This document shows, one piece after another, positions 30,819 to 40,437 of a stretch of 64,000 nucleotides of DNA. The stretch's first letter is position 1, and every line of letters begins with the position of its first letter. Origin of the DNA: a virus. The notes under the pieces were generated by a model. That model did no database searches. It saw only the letters and a list, made by a program, of their open reading frames with translations, and was not told the origin of the DNA. The stretch is from positions 32,001-96,000 of IMG/VR virus record IMGVR_UViG_3300030419_003599; one strand, 5' to 3'. The translations under genes and the position numbers were made by a program.

Positions 30819-31957
30819 TGCCCGGCAACCCCTTATCAGGCCATACGGCGGCTAATACCTCCGATACTGTAGATGGACTCCGTGACGGTGACCACATCCT
30901 TTCCCCTTCTTTTACCAATGCATACGAAGGAATCCATGGTAATGGCATCATACTCTTAGAGGACGGGGATGCTTCTGATTCAGACCGCAATAATCCTACT
31001 AACCTACCCGGAGCGTGCTCCAAACATGATGCAGATACAGTGAATGTCAAAGGGGGTCACTGCGTTATAGACGGAGTGGTCTATACTTTCGGTGGAGGCC
31101 CCGGTGCCACATACCCATTGAACATAACCAATGCAGGCAACAATGTACGGGGTTCTTCATCGGCCTTGCACGCCACTACTCCCCAAGAGGTGCTTTACAC
31201 CATTTATGTCACCCCTGATGACGGTGGGGGTAGTGCCACTTCTAACATCTGTTACATGCAGGGCACTATCATAACTAAATCTTCGGCATCTTATGCGGAT
31301 GGCCCTAGTGCTTATTTGACTGACCCCCATGGCGGTACTCTCGGTTCATTGTCTAATTTCCAATGCGTTGTATTGGCAGTAGTTAGAGCAGATAACGGGG
31401 CAAGTTCTACAGGCCCAGACAACATAAATATCCTAGAGATAAATGACAAACGCCACTTCTTAAACGGGGGACCATTCTATATGCACCCAATGGAAACAGA
31501 AGCGGGCACTCCTGTAGATAGCCACACTGACCTTGATGCATTACACGCAAGCGGTGTGCAAGATGGCGATTTCACTGCCTCCACTTTAGGGGGTCTATGG
31601 CTTGGTCAAGGCACAAGCGGAGCCCAGTCTCTTTTCTTTAGTGGTAAAGATGCAGGGGGGACGCGCTTCACTCGGGCAGTAGATACAATGGGGGATGTAG
31701 AAGTTATCAGCACTAGTGCTAACCAGACCTTCACTCATAACGGTAAGCGTATTTGGATAATCACAGCGGGCTCTGGCCTCAACCTTAACCCAAGCGGTAC
31801 ATTCTACGAAGGCTATACTGTAGAGGTGCGCGCAATCACCAACACTGTCACTTTTGATAGCACTGCCCTCAATCAAGCCGTGGCTGCTGGTAGGTATGCC
31901 CGCTTCGCTTATACTGGCTCAGCGTGGGTCAAGGTGTTCATGGTGGCGACTCTCTGA
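30818..31957 (+). CDS. Putative tail fibre/virion protein
   Basis: VNVKGGHCVIDG...LAVVR...INDKR baseplate-anchor-like N-terminus; Gly/Thr-rich; C-terminal YTGSAWVKV. Confidence 0.5.
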   Translation: MPGNPLSGHTAANTSDTVDGLRDGDHILSPSFTNAYEGIHGNGIILLEDGDASDSDRNNPTNLPGACSKHDADTVNVKGGHCVIDGVVYTFGGGPGATYPLNITNAGNNVRGSSSALHATTPQEVLYTIYVTPDDGGGSATSNICYMQGTIITKSSASYADGPSAYLTDPHGGTLGSLSNFQCVVLAVVRADNGASSTGPDNINILEINDKRHFLNGGPFYMHPMETEAGTPVDSHTDLDALHASGVQDGDFTASTLGGLWLGQGTSGAQSLFFSGKDAGGTRFTRAVDTMGDVEVISTSANQTFTHNGKRIWIITAGSGLNLNPSGTFYEGYTVEVRAITNTVTFDSTALNQAVAAGRYARFAYTGSAWVKVFMVATL

Positions 31958-32223
31958 TGGGCAGGCTATTGGATAAACTCAAGCGCACTTGCCCTCAGTG
32001 TAGGGTACAGGATTTTGCTGAACGCATCAACGGTTCCTATCCTCGCTTTGGTACTAGAGTGTCCTTGTGGGAATGCCCTTCCTGCAAGCACATCTGGCGA
32101 GATAAGAAAGCCGAGGAGCAAGAGGAAGGGAGTAAGGATTACGCCGTTCTCAAAAGTGAGCGCTGGAGAGAAGTACTTCAAACTTCTAAATCCAAATCTA
32201 ATGACTTGGAAATCTCTTTGTAG
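31957..32223 (+). CDS. Zinc-ribbon protein
   Basis: ATG at 31957 (TGATG); CPQC...CPSC; last + strand gene, 3' end overlapping the TFB gene. Confidence 0.55.
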   Translation: MGRLLDKLKRTCPQCRVQDFAERINGSYPRFGTRVSLWECPSCKHIWRDKKAEEQEEGSKDYAVLKSERWREVLQTSKSKSNDLEISL

Positions 32224-33101
32224 CGATTTCTAATAGTGACTTCTGTTACTCCACATATCTTGGCAATTTCGCGCTGTGTTCTGTGTTGTTTATTCAAGAT
32301 GCTCGCAATGTACAAAGTGGAGGCGGCGAGCCCTGTAGGCCCTCTCCCACTATCCAACTCCTTCTCTTCTAGTGTTTCACATATTTGACGAGCAATCAGT
32401 TCCGTACTAGCATCCAGACTCAATGCGCTAGCGAATCGGGAAATATAGTCTATAGCGCGAGTCACAGGGAGCCGTATTTTCAACTCACGCAATATGAAGC
32501 GTTGAGTTCTACCTACTTCTTTTCTACCTGTGCGACCAACCGCACAGATTTCGTCAAGTGTGCGAGGGACTCCACATTGCCTGCAAGCAATATAGAGAGA
32601 CGCTGACGCACACCCTTCTATTGAGCGGCCTCTAATCAAATCAGCCTCTACGCACTTACGATAAATAACCGCAGACGCTTCACGGACTGCTTTCGGTAAC
32701 CCAATGCGACTCCCCATACGGTCTAATTCAGCGAGGGCTATTGATAGATTTCTTTCTGTAGAATTACTAACACGCGCTCTCTTTTGCCATTTGCGCATTC
32801 TGAACAACTGACTGCGATATCGGGAATTGACCGCCTTGCCTGAATAATCCTTATTCTGCCAATCTATATCGGTTGAAAGACCTTTGTCGTGCAGCATAAC
32901 TGACATTGGGGCTCCTACACGCGCTTTCCTATCACCATCTTCGGCGGTGAATACGCGCCACTCAGCGCCTTGGTCTACTATCTTATCATCTAACACTAGC
33001 CCACAATCTCCGCAGACTAATTCTCCTCTTACTTCATCTCGTTCTAAATCGCGACTATTGCATTCAGAGCATTTCACTATATCATCTAACTCTTCCACCA
33101 T
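32178..33101 (-). CDS. tfb: Transcription initiation factor IIB (TFB)
   Basis: Zn ribbon CSEC...CGDCG, B-reader EWRVF, two cyclin repeats (IRGRSIE, GRGPTG), HTH TQREIA...VTEVTIRNRYKEI. Start set to ATG 33101 after GGTGA. Confidence 0.97.
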   Translation of the reverse strand: MVEELDDIVKCSECNSRDLERDEVRGELVCGDCGLVLDDKIVDQGAEWRVFTAEDGDRKARVGAPMSVMLHDKGLSTDIDWQNKDYSGKAVNSRYRSQLFRMRKWQKRARVSNSTERNLSIALAELDRMGSRIGLPKAVREASAVIYRKCVEADLIRGRSIEGCASASLYIACRQCGVPRTLDEICAVGRTGRKEVGRTQRFILRELKIRLPVTRAIDYISRFASALSLDASTELIARQICETLEEKELDSGRGPTGLAASTLYIASILNKQHRTQREIAKICGVTEVTIRNRYKEISKSLDLDLEV

Positions 33102-33126
33102 TATATCACCTGTAGTCTGCGGAAAT

Positions 33127-34674
33127 CTAACCCATCCGCTTACTGATAATATCGTCAATCCTTAGAATGGAAATGGCTACCTCACTTGCGCTTTGTACAG
33201 CCTGCGTGATAACCGAAAGGGGTTCAAACACACCCTTCTCTGACATGGAGCATGTTCCACCTGTCTCTACATCTGGGCCATAGTCCCCTTTACCGTTCTG
33301 GTGGTCGTTGCGCAAACCTAAGATGGTGTCAAGTGGGTCATGCCCTGCGTTCTCGGCGATAGTAGCAGGGATGATTTCTAATGCTTCGGCGAATGCCTCT
33401 ACAGCCATTTGCTCACGGCCACCCATATCTGCTGCACGCTGTCGTAGATGCTGAGCCATAGAGATGTAAGCAGAACCTCCGCCACAAACCACCTTACCGT
33501 CTCTAAAGGCGAGACTAACCACACCTATAGCGTCCTCAAAACCTCTTTCATGTTCATCTAGTGTTTGACGAGTGGCTCCTCTCAACACCAAAGTGGATAC
33601 AGGACATTCGTCTGGTGGCTGCTCAACGACTACGAACTTCATGCCGCCAATAGATTCTTGGCGAATTGATATACACTCTGATGCATCTTCTTTTGTCGCA
33701 CTTAGGGCTTCATGTATAATTGGCGCATCAAGTAGGCGGGATAACGCCTTCATGTCACTATCCATTACACGACTAACTACCGCTATTCCTTGTTGAGCGC
33801 ACGGTTTCGTCAAGCGTTCAACTGCGCCATCTCGGGTGAATACCACTCCACCTTGAGGTAAAGCATCGCTGATTACTTTCACTGTAGTAGCGAGTGCTTC
33901 ATTACCTAAATCGGCAAAAGCCTTCGCTTCACGGGCTGACGCAAAATGTACATTAGCAGTATCTTCCTTCTTAGGCTCACCTAGACCAGTATTGATTAGC
34001 AAAACTTTAGCGTTATTGAGTATAGAATCTGTCTCATGGCTGAACTCTTTATGCAAGATGATGCCGGGGAATAGATGGGAATCTTCCATACTACCACCAG
34101 ATTGGCACACTACCCTAACTCGGTCAATGTCGCCTTCTGCGTCAAGGACTGCATTCACGCATAATTCACTTGCTTTTTCAATAGAATGTTCTACGGCCTT
34201 ACCCGTCATAGCAGTCTTGGCTACGAAGTTAAGGTCGCTGCTCCCATTAGGGAGTTCGTTAGCGTGCGCCACTGCCCACTTGGCCGCTTGATGGAATCCG
34301 CGACATACCACATTGGGGTGCAATCCTTTTTGGAATAGTTGCTCGCTATTAGCGAGCAGTTGCCCGCCCAATACTACGGTGGAAGTGGTACCATCATAGC
34401 ACACACTCTCTTGTGTCTTGGCCATCTCTATGACCATCTTCGCTCCGGGATGGGCTACATCTAATTCATGGAGGATTGTGGCTCCGTCATTAGTGACTAT
34501 TACATCACCGTGGCCATCCACCATCATCTTGTCCATTCCCGCAGGACCGAGCGTGCTACGCACTGTATCGGCCACCGCCTTTGCCGCACGGATGTTATGC
34601 ATCTGTGCCTCTCTACCGTTCTGAGGTGCTTCATCTCGCACCACTACTACTCTCTGTTGTTCTTCTGTTGTCAT
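33127..34674 (-). CDS. Thermosome (group II chaperonin) subunit
   Basis: RSTLGPAGMDKM, TNDGATIL, YDGTTS, GGGS, IPATIAENAG, ILRIDDII. ATG 34674 overlaps the upstream stop. Confidence 0.95.
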   Translation of the reverse strand: MTTEEQQRVVVVRDEAPQNGREAQMHNIRAAKAVADTVRSTLGPAGMDKMMVDGHGDVIVTNDGATILHELDVAHPGAKMVIEMAKTQESVCYDGTTSTVVLGGQLLANSEQLFQKGLHPNVVCRGFHQAAKWAVAHANELPNGSSDLNFVAKTAMTGKAVEHSIEKASELCVNAVLDAEGDIDRVRVVCQSGGSMEDSHLFPGIILHKEFSHETDSILNNAKVLLINTGLGEPKKEDTANVHFASAREAKAFADLGNEALATTVKVISDALPQGGVVFTRDGAVERLTKPCAQQGIAVVSRVMDSDMKALSRLLDAPIIHEALSATKEDASECISIRQESIGGMKFVVVEQPPDECPVSTLVLRGATRQTLDEHERGFEDAIGVVSLAFRDGKVVCGGGSAYISMAQHLRQRAADMGGREQMAVEAFAEALEIIPATIAENAGHDPLDTILGLRNDHQNGKGDYGPDVETGGTCSMSEKGVFEPLSVITQAVQSASEVAISILRIDDIISKRMG

Positions 34675-35282
34675 ATCCAACTCACCTCTATCTCCACTAC
34701 TTCACCAGTATCTTTGGAGCGTGATTTAATGATGCCGTGCTCGCACCCATGAGTCCATAATCGGTGCGACAACTGCGTGTCTTTGAGGCAGTATGATGCC
34801 ACCTCGTTATATCTCCCCTGCTTCCACATAAGCGGGGCATCGTGACTAGAGCCACTTTTAGAATCCGCCAATGTATGGCGGGAGAGTGTGTTCAAATCAT
34901 AATGGGGGATACCTGCTTTGCGGCAGAGTATGGCAGTGTCTATGAGGGAATCCATTTTCCCCAATAAATCCCCTGCTGACCAGCAATCCAGTCCATCACG
35001 CAATACAGGGAGGTCAAAATTAACAATATTGTGACCTACTATGCGCCCCCCTTTTTCTATGTGAGCAATCAAATCATTCCCTAATACCTTGGGGTGGAGT
35101 TCTTTCACTATGGTCCCATCAGGTAAAGCGTTAGCATCAAGGGCTTTGTTACAATAGATGGTGCCTTGCTCCCCATCCCAAGTAGCGACCACTGTCGGTT
35201 CAAACATAGCGGTTTTATTCCATCCACCCACTTCATGTGAGTAATTAGCAGTCTCTAAATCTAATGCAAGTATGTCGCTCAT
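34671..35282 (-). CDS. DnaQ-like/RNase H-fold 3'-5' exonuclease
   Basis: ILALDLET, GHNIVNFDLPVL, YCLKD (DEDD motifs). Confidence 0.85.
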   Translation of the reverse strand: MSDILALDLETANYSHEVGGWNKTAMFEPTVVATWDGEQGTIYCNKALDANALPDGTIVKELHPKVLGNDLIAHIEKGGRIVGHNIVNFDLPVLRDGLDCWSAGDLLGKMDSLIDTAILCRKAGIPHYDLNTLSRHTLADSKSGSSHDAPLMWKQGRYNEVASYCLKDTQLSHRLWTHGCEHGIIKSRSKDTGEVVEIEVSWI

Positions 35283-36679
35283 TTTTCGTACTCCTCCCTT
35301 AATCTACAATATATGGATGGTCCTTCCCTGCTTGTTTGGAACAGATGTTCAGCACGCTTAAAGTGTGTAAAGCAGGAGTTGCTGGACAAGTTCCTCGCTC
35401 TGCCGTACAATTCCAGTACTTGACTTTTGCGTGCCCAACCTGTACCTCTTCTATCACCAAGGTCAAACTTTTCAACCTTCTTGAATGCTTCTTTCCAAGC
35501 AGCCTCTTTAGCACGGCGCTCACTAGCCTTGGCTCCTACCTCTACCTCTTCTTCTAACCAGAGTATGAGGTTTTGGAATAAGTCAAAGAGTATCTCTTCT
35601 GCCATTACGACATGGTCACCAGTAACAGTCCATGATTTTTCAACCATCGCTAGATGCGTGGCTAGTATGATTGTGTAGTTGAGTATGCCGGGTATAAAGG
35701 AGGCCACCACTTCTGCTAGTTTGGGGTCCATGCCTCTCACTAGTGTATAGTAATCATCTACAGCAGAGAGCATGGCCGCGTCAAAAGTTTCATCCTTAGA
35801 GAAAAGAGTCCGAGCACAACTTTGCACTATGTCCTCTTGTTCTGTTCTACCCATTGCTTCCCACTCAGTCATAGATATATCCGAAAGAGAGAGGATGCGA
35901 GCAATAAGAGCCGTGCGCAAGTCCTTGAAATGCTGGGCTATTTTGTCATAATCCATTGTGACTTGCCCCACATCACCCCACGGTAAGATTGCTCTTTCTT
36001 CGCTTAGATTTTGACGCAAATCCATGCCCCAAGTCCTCCAGAATAGGAGTACTCTTTGGAAGATACCTTTGTGTAAAACATATTCTTTCACCCCATCAGG
36101 CGGATAAGTAGTTATCCAAAGTGATACCATTGACTCAATTTCAATCGGTTCGCCAACATTGTGCTTGCGCATAATGTTCTCTTCACTACCTATTGCGTTA
36201 CACGCTGTCTGTAAGTAGAGTACTGTGTTTTGGCTAAACTTACCGGGCTTAAGGAGTAGGCTCCCTTCGTCAAAATTGAGAGCCTTTTGCCCGCCTAGCA
36301 GGCCGGGGCGCAGTACATTATCGTAGCCCCCATCCTCATTCTCCACCCGCTCCCATGAACCTATGAGACCTGCATCCGTCCCTTCTGTATAGACATCTGT
36401 GTCTAAGTCTAGTTCTTTCATCAATTTATTGATGACACCCCATGAAATGGATTTACCTGACCGCGAACCTTGTATCCAAAACACATGGATGCGGGGGTCA
36501 AGGTGTATGTTATCCATAGGTATGCGCACATAGGGTGCAGCGAGTTGCCCCTGCACAAAGAAGAAAGAGAGCAAACCCGGTATGTCATTGTTCTTGGATA
36601 CTCGCCTAAAGTGGTCAAGATAACCACGGACAACCGGGTATCGCTTGACCGCCTCATATTGTGTATAATGCTTGACCAT
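35279..36679 (-). CDS. AAA+ ATPase, probable MCM-like replicative helicase
   Basis: Walker A GSRSGKS, TDAGLIG, Walker B LNFDEG, GIFQRVL; in the replication module. Confidence 0.65.
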   Translation of the reverse strand: MVKHYTQYEAVKRYPVVRGYLDHFRRVSKNNDIPGLLSFFFVQGQLAAPYVRIPMDNIHLDPRIHVFWIQGSRSGKSISWGVINKLMKELDLDTDVYTEGTDAGLIGSWERVENEDGGYDNVLRPGLLGGQKALNFDEGSLLLKPGKFSQNTVLYLQTACNAIGSEENIMRKHNVGEPIEIESMVSLWITTYPPDGVKEYVLHKGIFQRVLLFWRTWGMDLRQNLSEERAILPWGDVGQVTMDYDKIAQHFKDLRTALIARILSLSDISMTEWEAMGRTEQEDIVQSCARTLFSKDETFDAAMLSAVDDYYTLVRGMDPKLAEVVASFIPGILNYTIILATHLAMVEKSWTVTGDHVVMAEEILFDLFQNLILWLEEEVEVGAKASERRAKEAAWKEAFKKVEKFDLGDRRGTGWARKSQVLELYGRARNLSSNSCFTHFKRAEHLFQTSREGPSIYCRLREEYEK

Positions 36680-36701
36680 ATTCTTCACCGTCTCTATCTT
36701 A

Positions 36702-36725
36702 TTTATTGCTGATGGTTCTTAAAGG
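36702..36725 (-). promoter_or_regulatory. Conserved 24-bp promoter-like motif, copy 1
   Basis: Minus strand CCTTTAAGAACCATCAGCAATAAA, ~23 nt upstream of the helicase start. Confidence 0.8.
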
Positions 36726-36755
36726 ATGTTGCCTCCACAGGGGGGCAGTACATAA

Positions 36756-37472
36756 TCATGTCCCACGGGACTGTTTGCTACGCCTCTCTATATGCACTGG
36801 TTCTTCACTGGTCAACACGCTCAGTAACCGTTCGCGTAGAGTAGAGCCTAGTCCTCTCACTTCTTTGAGAGACTGTTGGTGAATCATCTCTTCAATGCTC
36901 CCACATTTGTCTAGCAACTTCTCTACTAAGTCAGGCCCGAATCCGGGTATAGTGAGGAGCATATCTGCCCTCACATCATTCGTGGATACTCTCCTGAGAG
37001 CGCGGGCTCCATGCCTACGGGCACCCTTGTGGGATTTACTATGGAGTTTGACAATGAATTGGGCAGCCTCGCCATGGGTAGGAGTGTAGAATACTTGGCA
37101 ATCAAAATCAGCCATAATGCGCGCCAGTGTGCCAGTAAGTTCATTCTGTATTTTAGAGTAGGTAGATTTGTACCCGTTGTGTTTCATCTGTGTAAGATGC
37201 TTGGCCACTGTACCATGTACAACAAGGAAGAACCTTTCGTAGTTAGCGTCCATGTTATCCAGTTGCCTCCATAAATGGCCACTATGACTAGACTGGAATA
37301 GGTCTCCGATGCTTTTCGCCTCAACACATATCTTATCTCCCAACAGATAATCCCCTACAGGGAGATTTCTTCTAACGACTGATATGCCATTACGGTCAGC
37401 CCCTCGCTCAATCGCATTACATAGGGGACCCCTTTCATTGGTGTCAATCACCAACGCTGGTAAGGATTTCAT
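36756..37472 (-). CDS. XPF/ERCC4 (Hef-like) structure-specific endonuclease with HhH
   Basis: IDTNE...LPVGDY...VEAKS..DL and C-terminal IPGFG/VRGLG HhH motifs. Confidence 0.88.
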   Translation of the reverse strand: MKSLPALVIDTNERGPLCNAIERGADRNGISVVRRNLPVGDYLLGDKICVEAKSIGDLFQSSHSGHLWRQLDNMDANYERFFLVVHGTVAKHLTQMKHNGYKSTYSKIQNELTGTLARIMADFDCQVFYTPTHGEAAQFIVKLHSKSHKGARRHGARALRRVSTNDVRADMLLTIPGFGPDLVEKLLDKCGSIEEMIHQQSLKEVRGLGSTLRERLLSVLTSEEPVHIERRSKQSRGT

Positions 37473-38695
37473 TGAGGTTCTCCCCCTTCCACCATCGGGA
37501 GAGAATGTGAAGAGGTAATAATAGCACTAGTAGCAACGCTAGGATTCCCAGATGGAGCAGGGCTAAGGCTAGTGTCATCGCCCATATCACCACCGCCCAA
37601 AGCCTCCGCATGAATCACCCCAGTGCCGTCATGGAATTGACACTTTCCCAAGCAATACCCTTTACCGAACAAAGTAGCACAAGTAGGATGGTCATCGTAA
37701 GTCTCGGCTATGTGTCTCACATGTTTGCGAGTAGTGTTCTCATCCCAGTCCGCCCACCCAAGGGTACTCATGTAGTCTATTACCTCCCCGACAGCCTTCT
37801 CTCGCTCTGATTCTGTTTGCGCTGAACGGGGGAAAAACATACGCAAACGGTGGAGTAAGAACTGCGCTAGATACACCCTTGGATAATGGTCAGGGTTCCC
37901 CTCTTGGCACGCTACTGCGTTAAGGCATGGTAATATTTTCACGCCATCCATCTTGGCTGTGGCTATGTTCATTTTAGGGGAGTTCATTTTGAAGGGGGTT
38001 GGCGCTTGTTCTTTGACATTGAGAGTTGCCCCTTTCTCGCCGTAGTTGAAGTATCCTTTTCTTGGGCGAAGAGCGAGTTCCATGATATCCTCTTCCCCAA
38101 GACCCATCAATTCATGTGTTTTGAGGGGTATGCACCAAAGCCCTTTCTTGTCATTGTAAGAATTAGGAATGCGTATCATCCCTGCTGTATCAAAAGGTAC
38201 GGCTGGGTCTGAACAAGTTAGACCCAATTCATTTTCCCATCCCGACAGCAACCTACGGCCTGCTTCTTTCACACGCGAGACTTCTCTCCCGCTAGTCGGC
38301 ATGTGCGCTTTGTCAAGCGTTACCCATACATGGAATCCTCCACCACTAAACCAGACACCATGCTTAATGTCATTGTCAAGCAGGTATTGGTGTAGAGAGC
38401 GCACTTGCTGTAAGGGGATTCCCATGCCTACTTCTTTGCGAGAGCGGAAATCCTTGCAGTCAAAGTCCATGACGAAGTGACGAATAACCGGTGTGTTGTA
38501 ATCACATCTGTGGTGCTTGGGGGGACGGGTAGAACGATAGCCATAGACAGTCATATAGACATTGGCCAGCCCGTTCTTACCTCTCCAATATCTCTCTAAC
38601 TCGCCAGTGTTTGAGACAAGCCGCCTGTATCCTTTGGCTCCAGAGGCTTGAATATCTAGGACTTCTCTAGGGAAATCCAAAGTCAGGAGTCCCAT
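37469..38695 (-). CDS. Archaeo-eukaryotic primase, PriS-PriL(CTD) fusion
   Basis: AEP motifs DFD, SGGGFH, DTAGMIRIPNS; C-terminal LPCL...CATL...YCLGKC Fe-S domain. Confidence 0.85.
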   Translation of the reverse strand: MGLLTLDFPREVLDIQASGAKGYRRLVSNTGELERYWRGKNGLANVYMTVYGYRSTRPPKHHRCDYNTPVIRHFVMDFDCKDFRSRKEVGMGIPLQQVRSLHQYLLDNDIKHGVWFSGGGFHVWVTLDKAHMPTSGREVSRVKEAGRRLLSGWENELGLTCSDPAVPFDTAGMIRIPNSYNDKKGLWCIPLKTHELMGLGEEDIMELALRPRKGYFNYGEKGATLNVKEQAPTPFKMNSPKMNIATAKMDGVKILPCLNAVACQEGNPDHYPRVYLAQFLLHRLRMFFPRSAQTESEREKAVGEVIDYMSTLGWADWDENTTRKHVRHIAETYDDHPTCATLFGKGYCLGKCQFHDGTGVIHAEALGGGDMGDDTSLSPAPSGNPSVATSAIITSSHSLPMVEGGEPQ

Positions 38696-39009
38696 TTACC
38701 TATCTCCTGCTTATTCATTTCATGGATATACATACATATTTCACCCATGGCATCCATCATTTCCTCTGGACTCTCTATAAGAATAGAATTGAGATAGATG
38801 GTAATTTCAGGTTCTCCTGTCTCCATCTTGGACATTGAGCCGGGTAACGACTCAGGGAAGAACTCGTCAAGAGTAGTTTGGCGTGAGGTAAAAGCCTCCC
38901 ATGTACCCTTTTGTCCCATAGGATTGAACTTGAGACTAATAGTACCGTAATCTAACAATTCCTGTAGCAAGGCTTGGGCGACTACGCGCAAAGACTCAAC
39001 CTTACTCAC
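38683..39009 (-). CDS. Small protein with PIP box (QTTLDEFF)
   Basis: GTG start at 39009 after GAGGTGA; QxxLxxFF consensus. Confidence 0.65.
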   Translation of the reverse strand: MSKVESLRVVAQALLQELLDYGTISLKFNPMGQKGTWEAFTSRQTTLDEFFPESLPGSMSKMETGEPEITIYLNSILIESPEEMMDAMGEICMYIHEMNKQEIGKWDS

Positions 39010-39947
39010 TCTATCACCTCGCCGCCGCTGGTCCACGCCGGACAATAAGCCATTTGGTCACAGAAGGAACACCTGAAAGCATCTGCTATCATCTTGAAAT
39101 CCTTTTTGAGGTGCGCTCGCACCAAGTTCTCAAGCCTCTTCATCATGGCATTCATGCTTGTTTTCTTACATTCCTCATAATTCCAATGGGGGCCATCCCC
39201 ACCATTGATGCCACCCATAGGATATCTCCAACCGAAATGTGTGACGGGCGCATCTAACCCACGCTCGGCTAGCCACGCTTTACCTTCGGGGGTTTTCCTC
39301 TTCTCGTCCAACAAGAACTTGTAGACAGAGAGTTCAATTCGCATGGGTGAAGTCTTGTTACCTTTCCACTTACCGCTCTTCAATTCCATGAGGGCAAGTC
39401 CCCCCGCTTCGTCTTTGAAGATACGGTCTATGTAACCCCTAATTTCAATGGGCACTATCACGCCATCCACCTCTATTTCTGTGACAACATCTACCCATTG
39501 TTCGTTCCCCACAGGGAGGAAGTCTTCACCACGGGTAACTATGAGGCGTTCAAGTTCCCACTCTGCCAGTTGGCGGATGCCCTCTTCTTCACCGTGCATG
39601 TAAAGGTCGGTGCCTGCTGCTGTGTCTTCTTCGTGACGCTCCAGTTCTTCGGGTGGAGGGAAAGCCTTGACGGTCAATGCGAGAGCCTTGTGTTTTAAGC
39701 CCGCATCCACTGCCTCAAGGATACCATCCATGTGGTCAGGGAAGCGGTTGTAGAACTCTTCCAGTGCATTGTGGAGATTCACTCCACGAATGTGGTAGTC
39801 CTGTGTGTCAGAGGTAAGCCCTTGCATTTTCTCAAACTCATATTGCTTGGGGCACCAGTCAAAGGTGCCGAGAGCGGACTTAGTAATGCGCAGTATTTTC
39901 CCATCCTCTTGGTCAGGTGACCAGTTGTAAGTGGATATACTGCTCAT
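39006..39947 (-). CDS. Cas4-like PD-(D/E)xK exonuclease
   Basis: WCPKQ, GVNLH, RGYIDRI, ELKSG and C-terminal CSFC...C Fe-S ligands. Confidence 0.85.
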   Translation of the reverse strand: MSSISTYNWSPDQEDGKILRITKSALGTFDWCPKQYEFEKMQGLTSDTQDYHIRGVNLHNALEEFYNRFPDHMDGILEAVDAGLKHKALALTVKAFPPPEELERHEEDTAAGTDLYMHGEEEGIRQLAEWELERLIVTRGEDFLPVGNEQWVDVVTEIEVDGVIVPIEIRGYIDRIFKDEAGGLALMELKSGKWKGNKTSPMRIELSVYKFLLDEKRKTPEGKAWLAERGLDAPVTHFGWRYPMGGINGGDGPHWNYEECKKTSMNAMMKRLENLVRAHLKKDFKMIADAFRCSFCDQMAYCPAWTSGGEVIE

Positions 39948-40249
39948 TCGCCCACCTCATCAAGTAGGGCTTCAAGTTCTTGAATGACAAAGGACATATC
40001 GGAGTGTTCTTCTATCTCGTATCTCTCTTCCCAGAAATCCACAGCCTCACGCAACTTCGCCTCAAGCGTCTGCTCTCGTGTGCGCAGCCGCTGGACATAC
40101 ACAATAGCGTCCATCAACTCATGTTGTAAATGCTCCAACCACTCATCGTGGCTAAGGTCGCCGCGCTCCATTGTGACACCGTATTTACCCAATCCTACCT
40201 TTGCCCTCTCCTGTATCTTTTCGCATACTTCATCTTCTACTTTACTCAT
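39944..40249 (-). CDS. MazG-like/all-alpha NTP pyrophosphohydrolase-type phage protein
   Basis: ERAKVGLGKYG...WLEHLQHELMDAIVY pattern. Confidence 0.6.
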   Translation of the reverse strand: MSKVEDEVCEKIQERAKVGLGKYGVTMERGDLSHDEWLEHLQHELMDAIVYVQRLRTREQTLEAKLREAVDFWEERYEIEEHSDMSFVIQELEALLDEVGE

Positions 40250-40437
40250 TCATCATACCTCCAATTCTGTAACCCAGTCGTGCTACGCACTGGCTTAGGT
40301 GGAGTCACCTTGAGGAGCCTCTGCCCTCTATGATGGAGTAAATCGGGGAAGAACTCCAGAAGGGTAGTTTGGCGGGTCTTGATACCACCACATTCGCACA
40401 GGTGGTGCTCGCATTGTTTTTGCCACGGCCACTTCAT
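40246..40437 (-). CDS. Small Cys/His protein with PIP box (QTTLLEFF)
   Basis: ATGA coupling at both ends; CEHHLCEC followed by QxxLxxFF. Confidence 0.55.
   Translation of the reverse strand: MKWPWQKQCEHHLCECGGIKTRQTTLLEFFPDLLHHRGQRLLKVTPPKPVRSTTGLQNWRYDE

Noticed and set aside
32178-34674. Host chromosomal DNA flanking a provirus (tfb, thermosome)
   Set aside because: Both genes are continuous with the viral operon downstream of promoter copy 1, and no integrase or att site is visible.
36726-36753. Hairpin TGCCTCC-ACAG-GGGGGCA as a terminator
   Set aside because: Short, imperfect on the transcribed strand and without a U-tract; not supportable.
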